DNA from: Meyerozyma guilliermondii
Taxonomy: Eukaryota
Direction of reading: 5' to 3'
Assembly: GCA_051546255.1 (NCBI GenBank)
Contig: CP128816.1
Span: 1,488,001 to 1,552,000, forward strand
DNA: 64,000 nt
Shown here piece by piece: positions 42,852 through 52,421 of this stretch (position 1 is the stretch's first letter; each line of letters opens with the position of its first letter). A program made the position numbers and the translations under genes. Below the pieces are notes generated by a model. That model saw only the letters and a program-made list of their open reading frames with translations, had not been told where the DNA came from and searched no databases.

Positions 42852-45800
42852 ATGTTCACTCCCCACCAAATCAACTCGTCCACTCCAAGGACTCAAAAAC
42901 GTTCTCGGCATGGTGGCCGACTGAGTCAATTGCTTCGTGTTTCTCATCAACAAGTCAAGTTGGACGTGGATATAGAACGCAAAAGTGTTTCCGGAGTGAC
43001 AGATATTGCAATAGTACCGTCATCAAACTCGTTACGTACGATTAAACTCGATTGTCGTGAGATGAAAATCTCCAGCATCACCGTCAACAAGCGCAAGGTC
43101 AATTATATCCATCAAGACCTTTTGTATATTAACAACCCCGAAGAATTCGAAAGTAAGGTGAACTCGTCATCGATAGATCTCTTTGACTTGTACTCAAATG
43201 AGTTGACCATCCATCAGCACCATCTAATCAGACAAAAACTCAACTACTTATTCGGCGATGTCAACTTTGATCCTCGAGAACCATCAACCGAAGTTCAGAA
43301 CGGAAACACCGAGGAGCTAAAGATATTATTGCCAGAAAATTTCAAGTTTGAACAAACAGACCGCTATAATAGTCCTGAAGTGCACCACCACGACTCTGGC
43401 ACTCCAATGCATCTAAGAAAATCCACATTCAGCTCAGATTACAGTCCAATCATGGTAAGGATCAAATATACCTTGAAGAACCCTCAGAATGGTTTGAAAT
43501 TTGTATCTGGAGATCACTTGGACGTCAAAAAATGGCATGTGTACACAACAAATTCAGAGTTCAACATATCGACATCATCCTGGGTTCCGTGCATAGATAA
43601 CCTCTGGGATAAGTGCTCCTGGACCATAGAATTGGACATTCCCCGGAGCACGAAAGAGTTCGAAAATAGAACCCTAGAATCTAATAATCATGAAGCAAAT
43701 GGTGATGATGACAATGCAATGAACAAGGATGAAGAAGAAAATGAAAAAGAACAAGAAGATGGAGACGATGAGAATAGTAATGAAGAAAACGAAAACATGC
43801 ATGACATTAATAACAACTTGGATGATGATGAGTATCTTGATATGGTTGTGTGTGCCGGCGACATAGACAACTACAAAGAATTACCACATCCATCAAAGCG
43901 AGACAGAAAGCTAGTCTCGTGGTCCATATTCAACCCGATCAGCGCTCATCATGTTGGCTGGTGTCTCGGACCATTTCAATCTTACACAGTGTCGAGCGAT
44001 TCCAATGATGTCGTTTTAGACGATGATTTTGGGGCCGCTGGGGCTGAAGTGGAAAGAGACTCAACAAATGCTCCTTTGACAATATATGCCCTTCAGGATG
44101 ATTTAGAGGATGCAAAGAACACATCCGCAATCATACGTGGTGCCTTGGATTTCTTCCTGCGAGAGTTTGGATCGTTTCCCTTCACATCTTATGCTGTGAC
44201 ATTTGTACACGATTTGCCAATTGAGGTGAACAACTTTGCAGGACTCAGCGTGATTAGTGACACAATGCTCTTTCCCGCCGATATCATTGAGCCCATGTTC
44301 ACCAATACAGAAATATTAATCGATACGCTCGCGGAACAGTGGTCTGGAATTAATATTACTCCCCAACAGTTCGGCGATTTCTGGGTGACTATTGGTATTT
44401 CCAAGTTCATGTCCCTCAGCTACATTCGGCATCTTATGGGACAAAATGAGTACAGGTTTAGAATCAAGATCAAAAAGGCACAAGTAGCTGATGAGGACGT
44501 TGGCAAGAAGCCCTTGGCTTATCAATTTTACCAGTATCCTTTATCTACTTCAGATTTATCTTTTGTTTCATTAAAAGCTCCTGTCGTCTTATACATTTTG
44601 GACAAGAGAATGACCAAAACAGACAAGTCCTTCGGGCTTTCCAGAGTGCTTCCAAAAATTTTCCTTCAGGCAATGTCTGGTGATTTACAAAATAGCACCT
44701 TGTCTACATTACACTTCCAGTACGTCTGCGAGAAAGTGAATCGCAACAAGCTCGAGTCTTTTTTTAAGCAGTGGGTCTTCAATGCTGGTGTACCACTTTT
44801 CCTGGTTGCTCAACGGTTTAACAAGAAAAGGTCAATCATTGAAATGCAAATTCGTCAAATACAACTGCAAATTATTCGAAAATCAAAACCCAACTCCAAC
44901 AACTTTATGGAAGACAGCATAGCCTACCTCGATGATGAACCTTCATTTTTGGTGCAGCCTGTATTTACCGGTCCCATGACAATAAGGATTCACGAAGCAA
45001 ACGGTACTCCATATGAGCATATCATTGATCTCAAACATGAAACGTCAAAGCTTGACATCCAGTATAATACTAAATTTAGAAGGATGAAGAAGAAAACGGG
45101 AGACGAGGTGCACGAGACTGTTTCTTCATTCAAACAACTTGGTGATATCTTACAAACCAAAGCTGAGATGGAGGAGTGGAACTTGGTAGAGTGGATCAAG
45201 GATGAAGAAGATCCACTGTTCAATGACGCATTTGAGTGGTTAAGAGTGGATGCAGACTTCGAATGGATTTCCAAGATGAGTGTGAAGCAACCGGACTATA
45301 TGTTTGCTTCGCAGCTTCAATATGATCGCGACGTTGAGGCTCAGTATGAGGCCGTCAGATATTTCGCCACGAGAGACAAACCGAACCGCAACTACTGTAC
45401 CGTCCTCACTAGGACTGTTATGGATAGCAGATATTACTACGGTGTCAGAATTGCAGCTGCTCGTGCATTGGCTGGCTTTTCAAAAACCAATAACTTGTTT
45501 ATTGGTCTTGAATATCTAATGAAGATTTTCAAGACGCTCTATTGCTTTCCAGAAAGTAATGTTCCCAAAACGAACGATTTCAACGATTTAGCAAGCTATT
45601 TCCTTAAGAAGGAAATGATATCGATATTTGCTACCATTCGTGATGATGATGGCAATTCACCCACCGAAGTTAAGCGCTTCCTTTTAAGCTTGTTGAAGTA
45701 TAATGACAACTCCAACAACGATTATCAGGATGGGTTTTACGTTGCTGCTTTGATCAAAGCATTGACGAGCTGTATCATCATAACTGGTGATCTTCGAGAC

Positions 45801-47657
45801 ATTCCGGATGTTTTCGACAACTCAAAACAGAAATTTGTCGACGACGCTCTTGTCGAGATCAATCGTCTCCACAAACTAGATGAGTGGGTACCTTCGTACC
45901 ATAACATGATATCTGTAGTTTGCTTGCAACTGAAGGTCCAGCTTGCTGTGCACGGCTATTATGAGTTGCCTTTTGAGGATTTACTTCCTTATACGTTGGG
46001 CAAATTCCCACTTGATGTGCGTGTTGAAGCTTTCAGAGGGCTTTTCCTCCTTGGAGGGCTAAGAAATGCTGCCGTCATGAAATACTTTTTGACAACTTGT
46101 TTGCTCACCAGGGAAAACTCCAGGTTTAAGCGCGGCCTAGTCGAAGCATTATGTTCTGCGGTGGCTTCCGTGGCTACGGGACCCGCCCCATCCACCTTGG
46201 ATGATCCTGAGTTCAATTTCTATCAGGCACTTGAAGGTGAACGTCTGAAAATTGGAACCAACAAGACAAACATGATGATAATCGATGACGGGATGGACCT
46301 GGCCAGCTCGCGCAAGGAAATGTTTGCGAAATCTTCAATAGAGGGTGCAATTGATCTCTTGCGGGCCAAGTTTGCGCAAGGTGAAGGATTGAAGAACACT
46401 TTATGGGAATTGCTTCACAATTCTCTTTTGAGCCTTTATGAGCGCCGAAGAATATTCAACTTGTGCCAAATTCTTTACGAGGAGAAGGATCAATTTTTGG
46501 TCAGATTACCCGTGCACAATGTACCTCTTGAAGACTTTAATAAGAAGATTGTGGCCAAGTACATTGGCGATAATACCGTGGTCATCAAGAGGGAAGGAAG
46601 ATTCAAGATTCAATTGGCACGTCTGATAAGTGTGGAGCACTCTGACAAGAAAAAAAGAAGACACTCTGCAGTTGAAAACGATGACGAACTTGAAGATAAT
46701 AAGTCTCGTGAAAAACGACCTATTTTACGATTCACAACCAAGCCTAAACCTGAAGAGGTTCCAACTCCTGTACAAGTAGAAGAGGTGGTTCCTGAGCTCC
46801 AAAGAATAGGTTTAGTTGCTGTTGAAGGCACCCTGGTTAACATCAAACTTTCGTCAAGGACGCTTCGTAGTTTGGCGAAAGTTAGGTCTGCCCCTGCTCC
46901 TGTTGCGAATACCCCATCAGTGGTATCAACTTATCACCCAGTTACATTGAAATTCGAGCGAGAAGTCTCCAGAAGGATTATACATCACTTTGTAAATGGT
47001 GCTTCGAACAAGAGATATGTCAAGATTTTCACTAAGGAGGGCCGTGCAGAAGTATCATCCAAACCATACACGAAATCGACAGGTGGAAAAGCTACAGAGT
47101 CACAAGACGAGAAACATGAAATTGCTGTATCAGAAACTACTGTCAATGAAGAAGCTGGAACTGAACAAGAGCGAGAAGAGCCATCAACTAAGACACCAGA
47201 CGACGGAAAAGTTGAGAAGCCAGACAATCAAGACCAGAAATCAGATGAAGAAAAAGGTCAGAATCTAGATGAAGGTGAAACTCAAAAATCAAATGAACTT
47301 AAGGCTCAGAAACCAGACGAGCAAACCAATGAAGCAGACGAAGTTAAAGGTCCGAAACCAGAAGAACATGCTGTTACTGAGCCAGATCGGTCAGAGAAAC
47401 CCGCTCTTGAGAGCAAACCTTTGAGCAGGTCGGTGAGTCCCTTTGATACTGGGCCAGCCCAAACTAAAGGTTATCGTAAGAAGAAGAAAGAGGTATACAT
47501 TCATAATGGAAGTCCGAGTCCCGCTACGAATTCGGATGAAAATAACTCGAAGAGCGGATCCGATAAGGTAGAAGAGACTAAATCATCTGGTACCGAAAAC
47601 GGAGAAAAACTGGCTCCTAAGCCTAAACTTAAGCTCAAGTTGAGCCTCAAAAAATAA
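42852..47657 (+). CDS. TAF2: TFIID subunit Taf2
   Basis: Aminopeptidase-like fold motifs WVPCIDN, LKAPVVLYILDKR, FTGPMTIRIHE, EWLRVDADFEW and LKYNDNS; basic C-terminus. Confidence 0.95.
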   Translation: MFTPHQINSSTPRTQKRSRHGGRLSQLLRVSHQQVKLDVDIERKSVSGVTDIAIVPSSNSLRTIKLDCREMKISSITVNKRKVNYIHQDLLYINNPEEFESKVNSSSIDLFDLYSNELTIHQHHLIRQKLNYLFGDVNFDPREPSTEVQNGNTEELKILLPENFKFEQTDRYNSPEVHHHDSGTPMHLRKSTFSSDYSPIMVRIKYTLKNPQNGLKFVSGDHLDVKKWHVYTTNSEFNISTSSWVPCIDNLWDKCSWTIELDIPRSTKEFENRTLESNNHEANGDDDNAMNKDEEENEKEQEDGDDENSNEENENMHDINNNLDDDEYLDMVVCAGDIDNYKELPHPSKRDRKLVSWSIFNPISAHHVGWCLGPFQSYTVSSDSNDVVLDDDFGAAGAEVERDSTNAPLTIYALQDDLEDAKNTSAIIRGALDFFLREFGSFPFTSYAVTFVHDLPIEVNNFAGLSVISDTMLFPADIIEPMFTNTEILIDTLAEQWSGINITPQQFGDFWVTIGISKFMSLSYIRHLMGQNEYRFRIKIKKAQVADEDVGKKPLAYQFYQYPLSTSDLSFVSLKAPVVLYILDKRMTKTDKSFGLSRVLPKIFLQAMSGDLQNSTLSTLHFQYVCEKVNRNKLESFFKQWVFNAGVPLFLVAQRFNKKRSIIEMQIRQIQLQIIRKSKPNSNNFMEDSIAYLDDEPSFLVQPVFTGPMTIRIHEANGTPYEHIIDLKHETSKLDIQYNTKFRRMKKKTGDEVHETVSSFKQLGDILQTKAEMEEWNLVEWIKDEEDPLFNDAFEWLRVDADFEWISKMSVKQPDYMFASQLQYDRDVEAQYEAVRYFATRDKPNRNYCTVLTRTVMDSRYYYGVRIAAARALAGFSKTNNLFIGLEYLMKIFKTLYCFPESNVPKTNDFNDLASYFLKKEMISIFATIRDDDGNSPTEVKRFLLSLLKYNDNSNNDYQDGFYVAALIKALTSCIIITGDLRDIPDVFDNSKQKFVDDALVEINRLHKLDEWVPSYHNMISVVCLQLKVQLAVHGYYELPFEDLLPYTLGKFPLDVRVEAFRGLFLLGGLRNAAVMKYFLTTCLLTRENSRFKRGLVEALCSAVASVATGPAPSTLDDPEFNFYQALEGERLKIGTNKTNMMIIDDGMDLASSRKEMFAKSSIEGAIDLLRAKFAQGEGLKNTLWELLHNSLLSLYERRRIFNLCQILYEEKDQFLVRLPVHNVPLEDFNKKIVAKYIGDNTVVIKREGRFKIQLARLISVEHSDKKKRRHSAVENDDELEDNKSREKRPILRFTTKPKPEEVPTPVQVEEVVPELQRIGLVAVEGTLVNIKLSSRTLRSLAKVRSAPAPVANTPSVVSTYHPVTLKFEREVSRRIIHHFVNGASNKRYVKIFTKEGRAEVSSKPYTKSTGGKATESQDEKHEIAVSETTVNEEAGTEQEREEPSTKTPDDGKVEKPDNQDQKSDEEKGQNLDEGETQKSNELKAQKPDEQTNEADEVKGPKPEEHAVTEPDRSEKPALESKPLSRSVSPFDTGPAQTKGYRKKKKEVYIHNGSPSPATNSDENNSKSGSDKVEETKSSGTENGEKLAPKPKLKLKLSLKK

Positions 47658-47848
47658 TCAATTGACCAAACGGAGCCGAAGTTACTCCTCATAGATCATA
47701 GAATAACGAAGACATGACGAAGAATATTGTAGAATTAGTTCACTTCAGTAGGTCCCAGTGGTCCTGTACATCGCACAATAACCACACAGGTGCAATGGGT
47801 GTGGCTGGTGAAGTTGGGAATCTCTAAGCATACAGCTCTGGTCCTAGC

Positions 47849-50032
47849 ATGTCCTACATTCCTCCATATAGCATTCCCAAATCCAGTGCTACCACTTCAA
47901 CCACAAACACCAATACAACCTCTGAATCTGTTAGCAAAGTGGCTCAAGATAATAAGATTGTTAAACCTGATATACCACCTGATAATGGAATACAAACTCA
48001 ACTATTAAGAGGTATGTTGGGCACTTCCGAGTCTCCCAGGCTACAAAGCGGCTCGCCAGGAGTATCAGATGCTGCTCCGGCAGTTGTGACTGTGGAAGAC
48101 AAAGGACAATTTAAAACAGCGACCGACAGCGGAACGAAGGACTTGGTCAGTTTGTTTGACAAGTTTGATGTGAGCAAAGAGATAGGAGAGGACAGCAAGG
48201 ACGACGAAGAGAACAAGGAAAACGACAGGCAAGACAAAGAGAGCAACAAAGACAACAAAGAGGACGATAAAGAGCACACGGAAATGGAACCGGCTTTGGA
48301 TACTGTTGCCTCTGAGGGAAAAGACGAAACCACAATTGACGAAGATCCTACAGCTCTCAACCGACCGGGTATATCTTCGATTGGCTCTGATGACGATGAA
48401 TCCACACACGAAAAAGCAGAGGAAAAGAATGAGTCAGAAGACAAAAACGAGCACCTGACGCCAGGGACCACCAGTAATACGCCCCCATTGATGGTTCAAA
48501 AGGCTCTGGCCATGACAATACAACCATATGATCCCTTTTCAAGCACAGCGAGCCCAGACCCAGAACAGGCTCAGCAGAAAGACTTATCTGACATAACGGG
48601 CGCCATAGAGCAAACTTCCATTAAAGAATTCGAGTTACCGAAAGAAACACTTGATAACGAGTTGCTGTCTGATGTGGCAGCCGAAAGCAACAAAGCTGGC
48701 AATGAAGCATCGGGCCCGGAGGAGGAGCATCGCATGTCTTCAACCAACGGAGTGGATGCTAATGAGCAGTATAAGCAGTCGCATAAACCATTTGATTTTG
48801 ACCAATTTTTAGTGCATTTACGCAAGAAGTCGGCCGATCCAATAGTCCGATTCATTCGTTCCTTCTTGCTCAATTTCAACCGCCAAGCTCACGCATTATC
48901 TTACGAGCAGAAAATCAAGATCATTTCCGACTTCAAACAATTCATGAACGAGAAATTTGCATTATATGAACCCTTTTCATCTATGGACACGATAGACCTA
49001 GAAAATTCAAGAGAAGGATTGGAAAAATTGATTATGAACAGACTATACGACTTGACTTTTCCTCCAAATGTTGCAAAGTCTCTTGGTAACCGCGAGGCCG
49101 AGTCCACGTACAAAGACTTGGAAGAAGATGAAGAATTTGCTCGTCAGCTAGAAAAGTTTAGCTGGGTCAATGGCTCACATTTGGACATTGATCTAGAGAG
49201 TCTTTCACGACTTCGAACGCAAGTTTCTGACGATGATTCTAACTTTTTGGACTACGCTATTCAGGAACTCAACAAGATCAATGATTATAGAGCTCCACGA
49301 GATAAGATAATTTGCATTCTCAATTCATGCAAAATCATTTTCAGTTTCCTTAAAGTGAACAAACAAGAGACGAGTGCCGATTCATTTATTCCATTATTGA
49401 TTCTAGTGATCATTAAAGCAAAGACTAGCCATTTCATCAGCAACATACGGTATATTGAAAATTATCGAGGTGAAGAATGGCTCTCGCACGGAGAAACCAG
49501 CTATTACCTCTCGTCGGTGCAGGGAGCGGTGGGTTTTATCTCTAAATTGGACTTTGAGCAACTCAAGATTGACAAGAAGGAATACGATGCACATCTTGAA
49601 GCCTGGCAAGCGGAAGAAACGAGGCTAAACAAGCAAAAACTGGCTACTACTAAACCCAAGGCTAGCCTTGAGACACGATTGCAACAGCCAAGGCCACAGC
49701 ATGCTGCTCAAAATACTCAAACATCACCAAGTCAGAGCTTCTCACCTTCTTCGGTTCTTCTTACTAGTGCGGAAATGGTGTCGAAGTCAATATCTAATTT
49801 TTTGTCGCCGTCACCCACAGAGGAACCACAAGTGGCTCAAAGAAGACAGCGTGAACTGAATCACCAAGCAGAACCACCCATTGACCCAGAAACCATGAAA
49901 TCCATCTACGACAATTTGACGGAAATTTTCCCCAACATAGACTCCACGGTTCTCAAAGACTTGATAGTGATCAAAAAAGGCAATCAAGACGAATGCGTAG
50001 AAGCATGTTTACAATTGGTCAACGAGGTCTGA
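47849..50032 (+). CDS. VPS9: Rab5 GEF Vps9 with C-terminal CUE domain
   Basis: VPS9 motifs RAPRDKIICILN, SADSFIP and GETSYYLSS; CUE motif IFPNID. Confidence 0.94.
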   Translation: MSYIPPYSIPKSSATTSTTNTNTTSESVSKVAQDNKIVKPDIPPDNGIQTQLLRGMLGTSESPRLQSGSPGVSDAAPAVVTVEDKGQFKTATDSGTKDLVSLFDKFDVSKEIGEDSKDDEENKENDRQDKESNKDNKEDDKEHTEMEPALDTVASEGKDETTIDEDPTALNRPGISSIGSDDDESTHEKAEEKNESEDKNEHLTPGTTSNTPPLMVQKALAMTIQPYDPFSSTASPDPEQAQQKDLSDITGAIEQTSIKEFELPKETLDNELLSDVAAESNKAGNEASGPEEEHRMSSTNGVDANEQYKQSHKPFDFDQFLVHLRKKSADPIVRFIRSFLLNFNRQAHALSYEQKIKIISDFKQFMNEKFALYEPFSSMDTIDLENSREGLEKLIMNRLYDLTFPPNVAKSLGNREAESTYKDLEEDEEFARQLEKFSWVNGSHLDIDLESLSRLRTQVSDDDSNFLDYAIQELNKINDYRAPRDKIICILNSCKIIFSFLKVNKQETSADSFIPLLILVIIKAKTSHFISNIRYIENYRGEEWLSHGETSYYLSSVQGAVGFISKLDFEQLKIDKKEYDAHLEAWQAEETRLNKQKLATTKPKASLETRLQQPRPQHAAQNTQTSPSQSFSPSSVLLTSAEMVSKSISNFLSPSPTEEPQVAQRRQRELNHQAEPPIDPETMKSIYDNLTEIFPNIDSTVLKDLIVIKKGNQDECVEACLQLVNEV

Positions 50033-50220
50033 TTACTGAAATTTGACATGGTGAAAAATCATTATCAAACTCAATAGGGAAATCGGATCCCTCGCATCGA
50101 TATGCCCAATCGGGCAAAACCAAGAGAGCCCATGATATATATAAAGAAGGTTGAAGTGATGATATTCCAGTTAAGGATACAACCCAAAACCACTCCAACA
50201 AGTCAAACAATCATTTCATC

Positions 50221-50586
50221 ATGCCAATGTTATACAAGCCAGCTGCTGAGGGTAAGGCCGTCAGACCTCCTCAAATTCCTTCCCCAGGAAACAACTCTTT
50301 CTTAGGTGACACATTCACATCTGATGCTCCAAAGGAACAACAAATGTCTTGTGGATTCTACAAGCAGGAAAAGGGTGAACCATTGGTCTACACTTACACT
50401 TATGATGAGATGAAGGTCATTTTGGAAGTCGAAGGAGAATACACCATCACCGACGAGACTGGATACCTGGTTTCCGTATCGCCTGGAGATGTGTTTTACT
50501 TCAAGAAGGGAACCACTATCACTTTCAAAACCACTGGTTACGGTCTTGCTTTCTTTACTGGCTTGAGACCAAATGGAGAGGCCTAA
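50221..50586 (+). CDS. Small cupin-barrel protein (EutQ/cupin_3-like)
   Basis: 121 aa containing MSCGFY...YTYTYDEMKVILE...PGDVFYFKKG. TATA box at about 50136. Confidence 0.82.
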   Translation: MPMLYKPAAEGKAVRPPQIPSPGNNSFLGDTFTSDAPKEQQMSCGFYKQEKGEPLVYTYTYDEMKVILEVEGEYTITDETGYLVSVSPGDVFYFKKGTTITFKTTGYGLAFFTGLRPNGEA

Positions 50587-50825
50587 GTTATTGACTAGAT
50601 TATCACAATAGTAAAATTATCTGCCCTCTGCCAAATGTAGCAATTGAAGAAGAAGTTCTGATACACTTGGTGATACTTGAGCCATCTAAGAATTGCTTCT
50701 TATTTTCTCCTTTGTAGTTGCAAACATCTGCTTTACCTGTTCCAGAAGTGTTGCGAATGTGGTGGAACATTTATTTTCGCGAATCGGTTATTTCGTGATC
50801 CACTCTACTTCACATTACCTTCGAA

Positions 50826-52313
50826 ATGCCAATTGACTATTCCAAGTGGGACCACATCGAGATTTCTGATGACTCCGACATTGAAGTACACCCCAATGTT
50901 GATAAGAACTCATTTATAAAGTGGAAACAAAGAGATATTCACGAAAAAAGACAGCAACGGAATGTAGAGATCAAGTCTATTTTGGTCCAGTCGACCATGT
51001 ATGTTAAGCTCAACGAAAGAGTTGATTATCTCTTAGAGAATTGCAACGATGAAGAGCTTTTGGATACCAAGGTGGTCATTGACAAGCTTAATCTGAAGTT
51101 CGACAAGCTGGAACGGTTTGACTACGAACGACTCATTAAGGAACAAGGTTCGAGTCTCAGGAAGGGATTGAAGGACCTCACTTTCGATAAAGAAGAGATT
51201 GGAAACACGCCCCCATACAATGAGATGGTTGAAGATTTATTCACACAGGTGAAAGAAGATCACAAAGATGCCGAAACCGATGCCTCCAAATTGCGGTCAT
51301 ATATTTCGGAACACAGACAGAAAATTGACGATGTTTTGTCGAAGCTGTCAACTAAACTAGACGACCTCTTGTACCAGAAATCATTGTTGATCACTAACGA
51401 TGATTTACATACTGGTTTTGACCGCTCGTTCATGAATAAAGATGATGAGACCAAGCCAGAACCTAAGAAAGTAAAGGAAACAACCATTGAGACATTAAAT
51501 AGTCCTCTGGTACAATCTCAAGAGGTTCTGCATCAAACAAGTTCAAACCACGAGAAATCTGAAAAAGAACTCCTCGATGAGTTGAAGGTTTTGCCAGAAA
51601 CTGAAAAGTTTTCCGTCATAAAATCAGATAATTTGGATGAAAGTGCTAAATACTTGCTCCATGACCCTCACATATGTACAGAGCAGCAAAAGGATGCATT
51701 GCTCATGACAGCTTTCGACTCCCAATTGCAAGGAGACGAAAGTAGAACAAGACAGATCATACACCAATCATTACTTCTTCAATACATTGCCCAGTTGGCA
51801 GGACCAAGACCCACCAAGGACCTGATCATCAAAGCCATAAAGTTGTTCATCAGCAAAATCAAAGATTCAAGTGCCCCAGCCAGAGGTGCTTTCTTACAGG
51901 ACTTTGAGAATACCTTCAAGCATATCGTCCAACGGTGCGAGGTACTCAAACAAGAACAAAGCAGTGGTGAACGTGGAGAAGCACTTATTCAATTGAAATC
52001 TCTTGATGATGACAAAGAACTCCTGGTCAATCTTCCTCAAGAAGACACACCAGAGTTTGAAATCTTCTCTACCCAGCTTCCGAAAGAAATGCAAGAAGCT
52101 GTCAAGGAAGGGTCCTTGGATAGAGTCAACGAAGTGTTTGCAACATTACCTTTGGAAGAAGGTGAAAGAATTCTCGAGGTGTTCAATGAGTGTGGTGTAA
52201 TAGGCTTAAGTGGTTACTTGCTGGATGAAAATGAATTCCAGGAACTACAAAAGCAGTACAACGAGAACATGGATCTCAAGCCAACGGAAGCTGTTGAAGA
52301 TACAGTGGACTAG
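50826..52313 (+). CDS. CDC37: Hsp90 kinase co-chaperone Cdc37
   Basis: Begins MPIDYSKWDHIEISDDSDIEVHPNVDKNSFIKWKQ. Confidence 0.98.
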   Translation: MPIDYSKWDHIEISDDSDIEVHPNVDKNSFIKWKQRDIHEKRQQRNVEIKSILVQSTMYVKLNERVDYLLENCNDEELLDTKVVIDKLNLKFDKLERFDYERLIKEQGSSLRKGLKDLTFDKEEIGNTPPYNEMVEDLFTQVKEDHKDAETDASKLRSYISEHRQKIDDVLSKLSTKLDDLLYQKSLLITNDDLHTGFDRSFMNKDDETKPEPKKVKETTIETLNSPLVQSQEVLHQTSSNHEKSEKELLDELKVLPETEKFSVIKSDNLDESAKYLLHDPHICTEQQKDALLMTAFDSQLQGDESRTRQIIHQSLLLQYIAQLAGPRPTKDLIIKAIKLFISKIKDSSAPARGAFLQDFENTFKHIVQRCEVLKQEQSSGERGEALIQLKSLDDDKELLVNLPQEDTPEFEIFSTQLPKEMQEAVKEGSLDRVNEVFATLPLEEGERILEVFNECGVIGLSGYLLDENEFQELQKQYNENMDLKPTEAVEDTVD

Positions 52314-52421
52314 TTAATTTTCCGGCTTACATTTGATCAGCTTGAATATATGCTCATCTCAAGAATAGAAATGCTTTACATTTTAGCTCTACGATTCGCC
52401 TGTAGCAGCCTTACAAATGTT

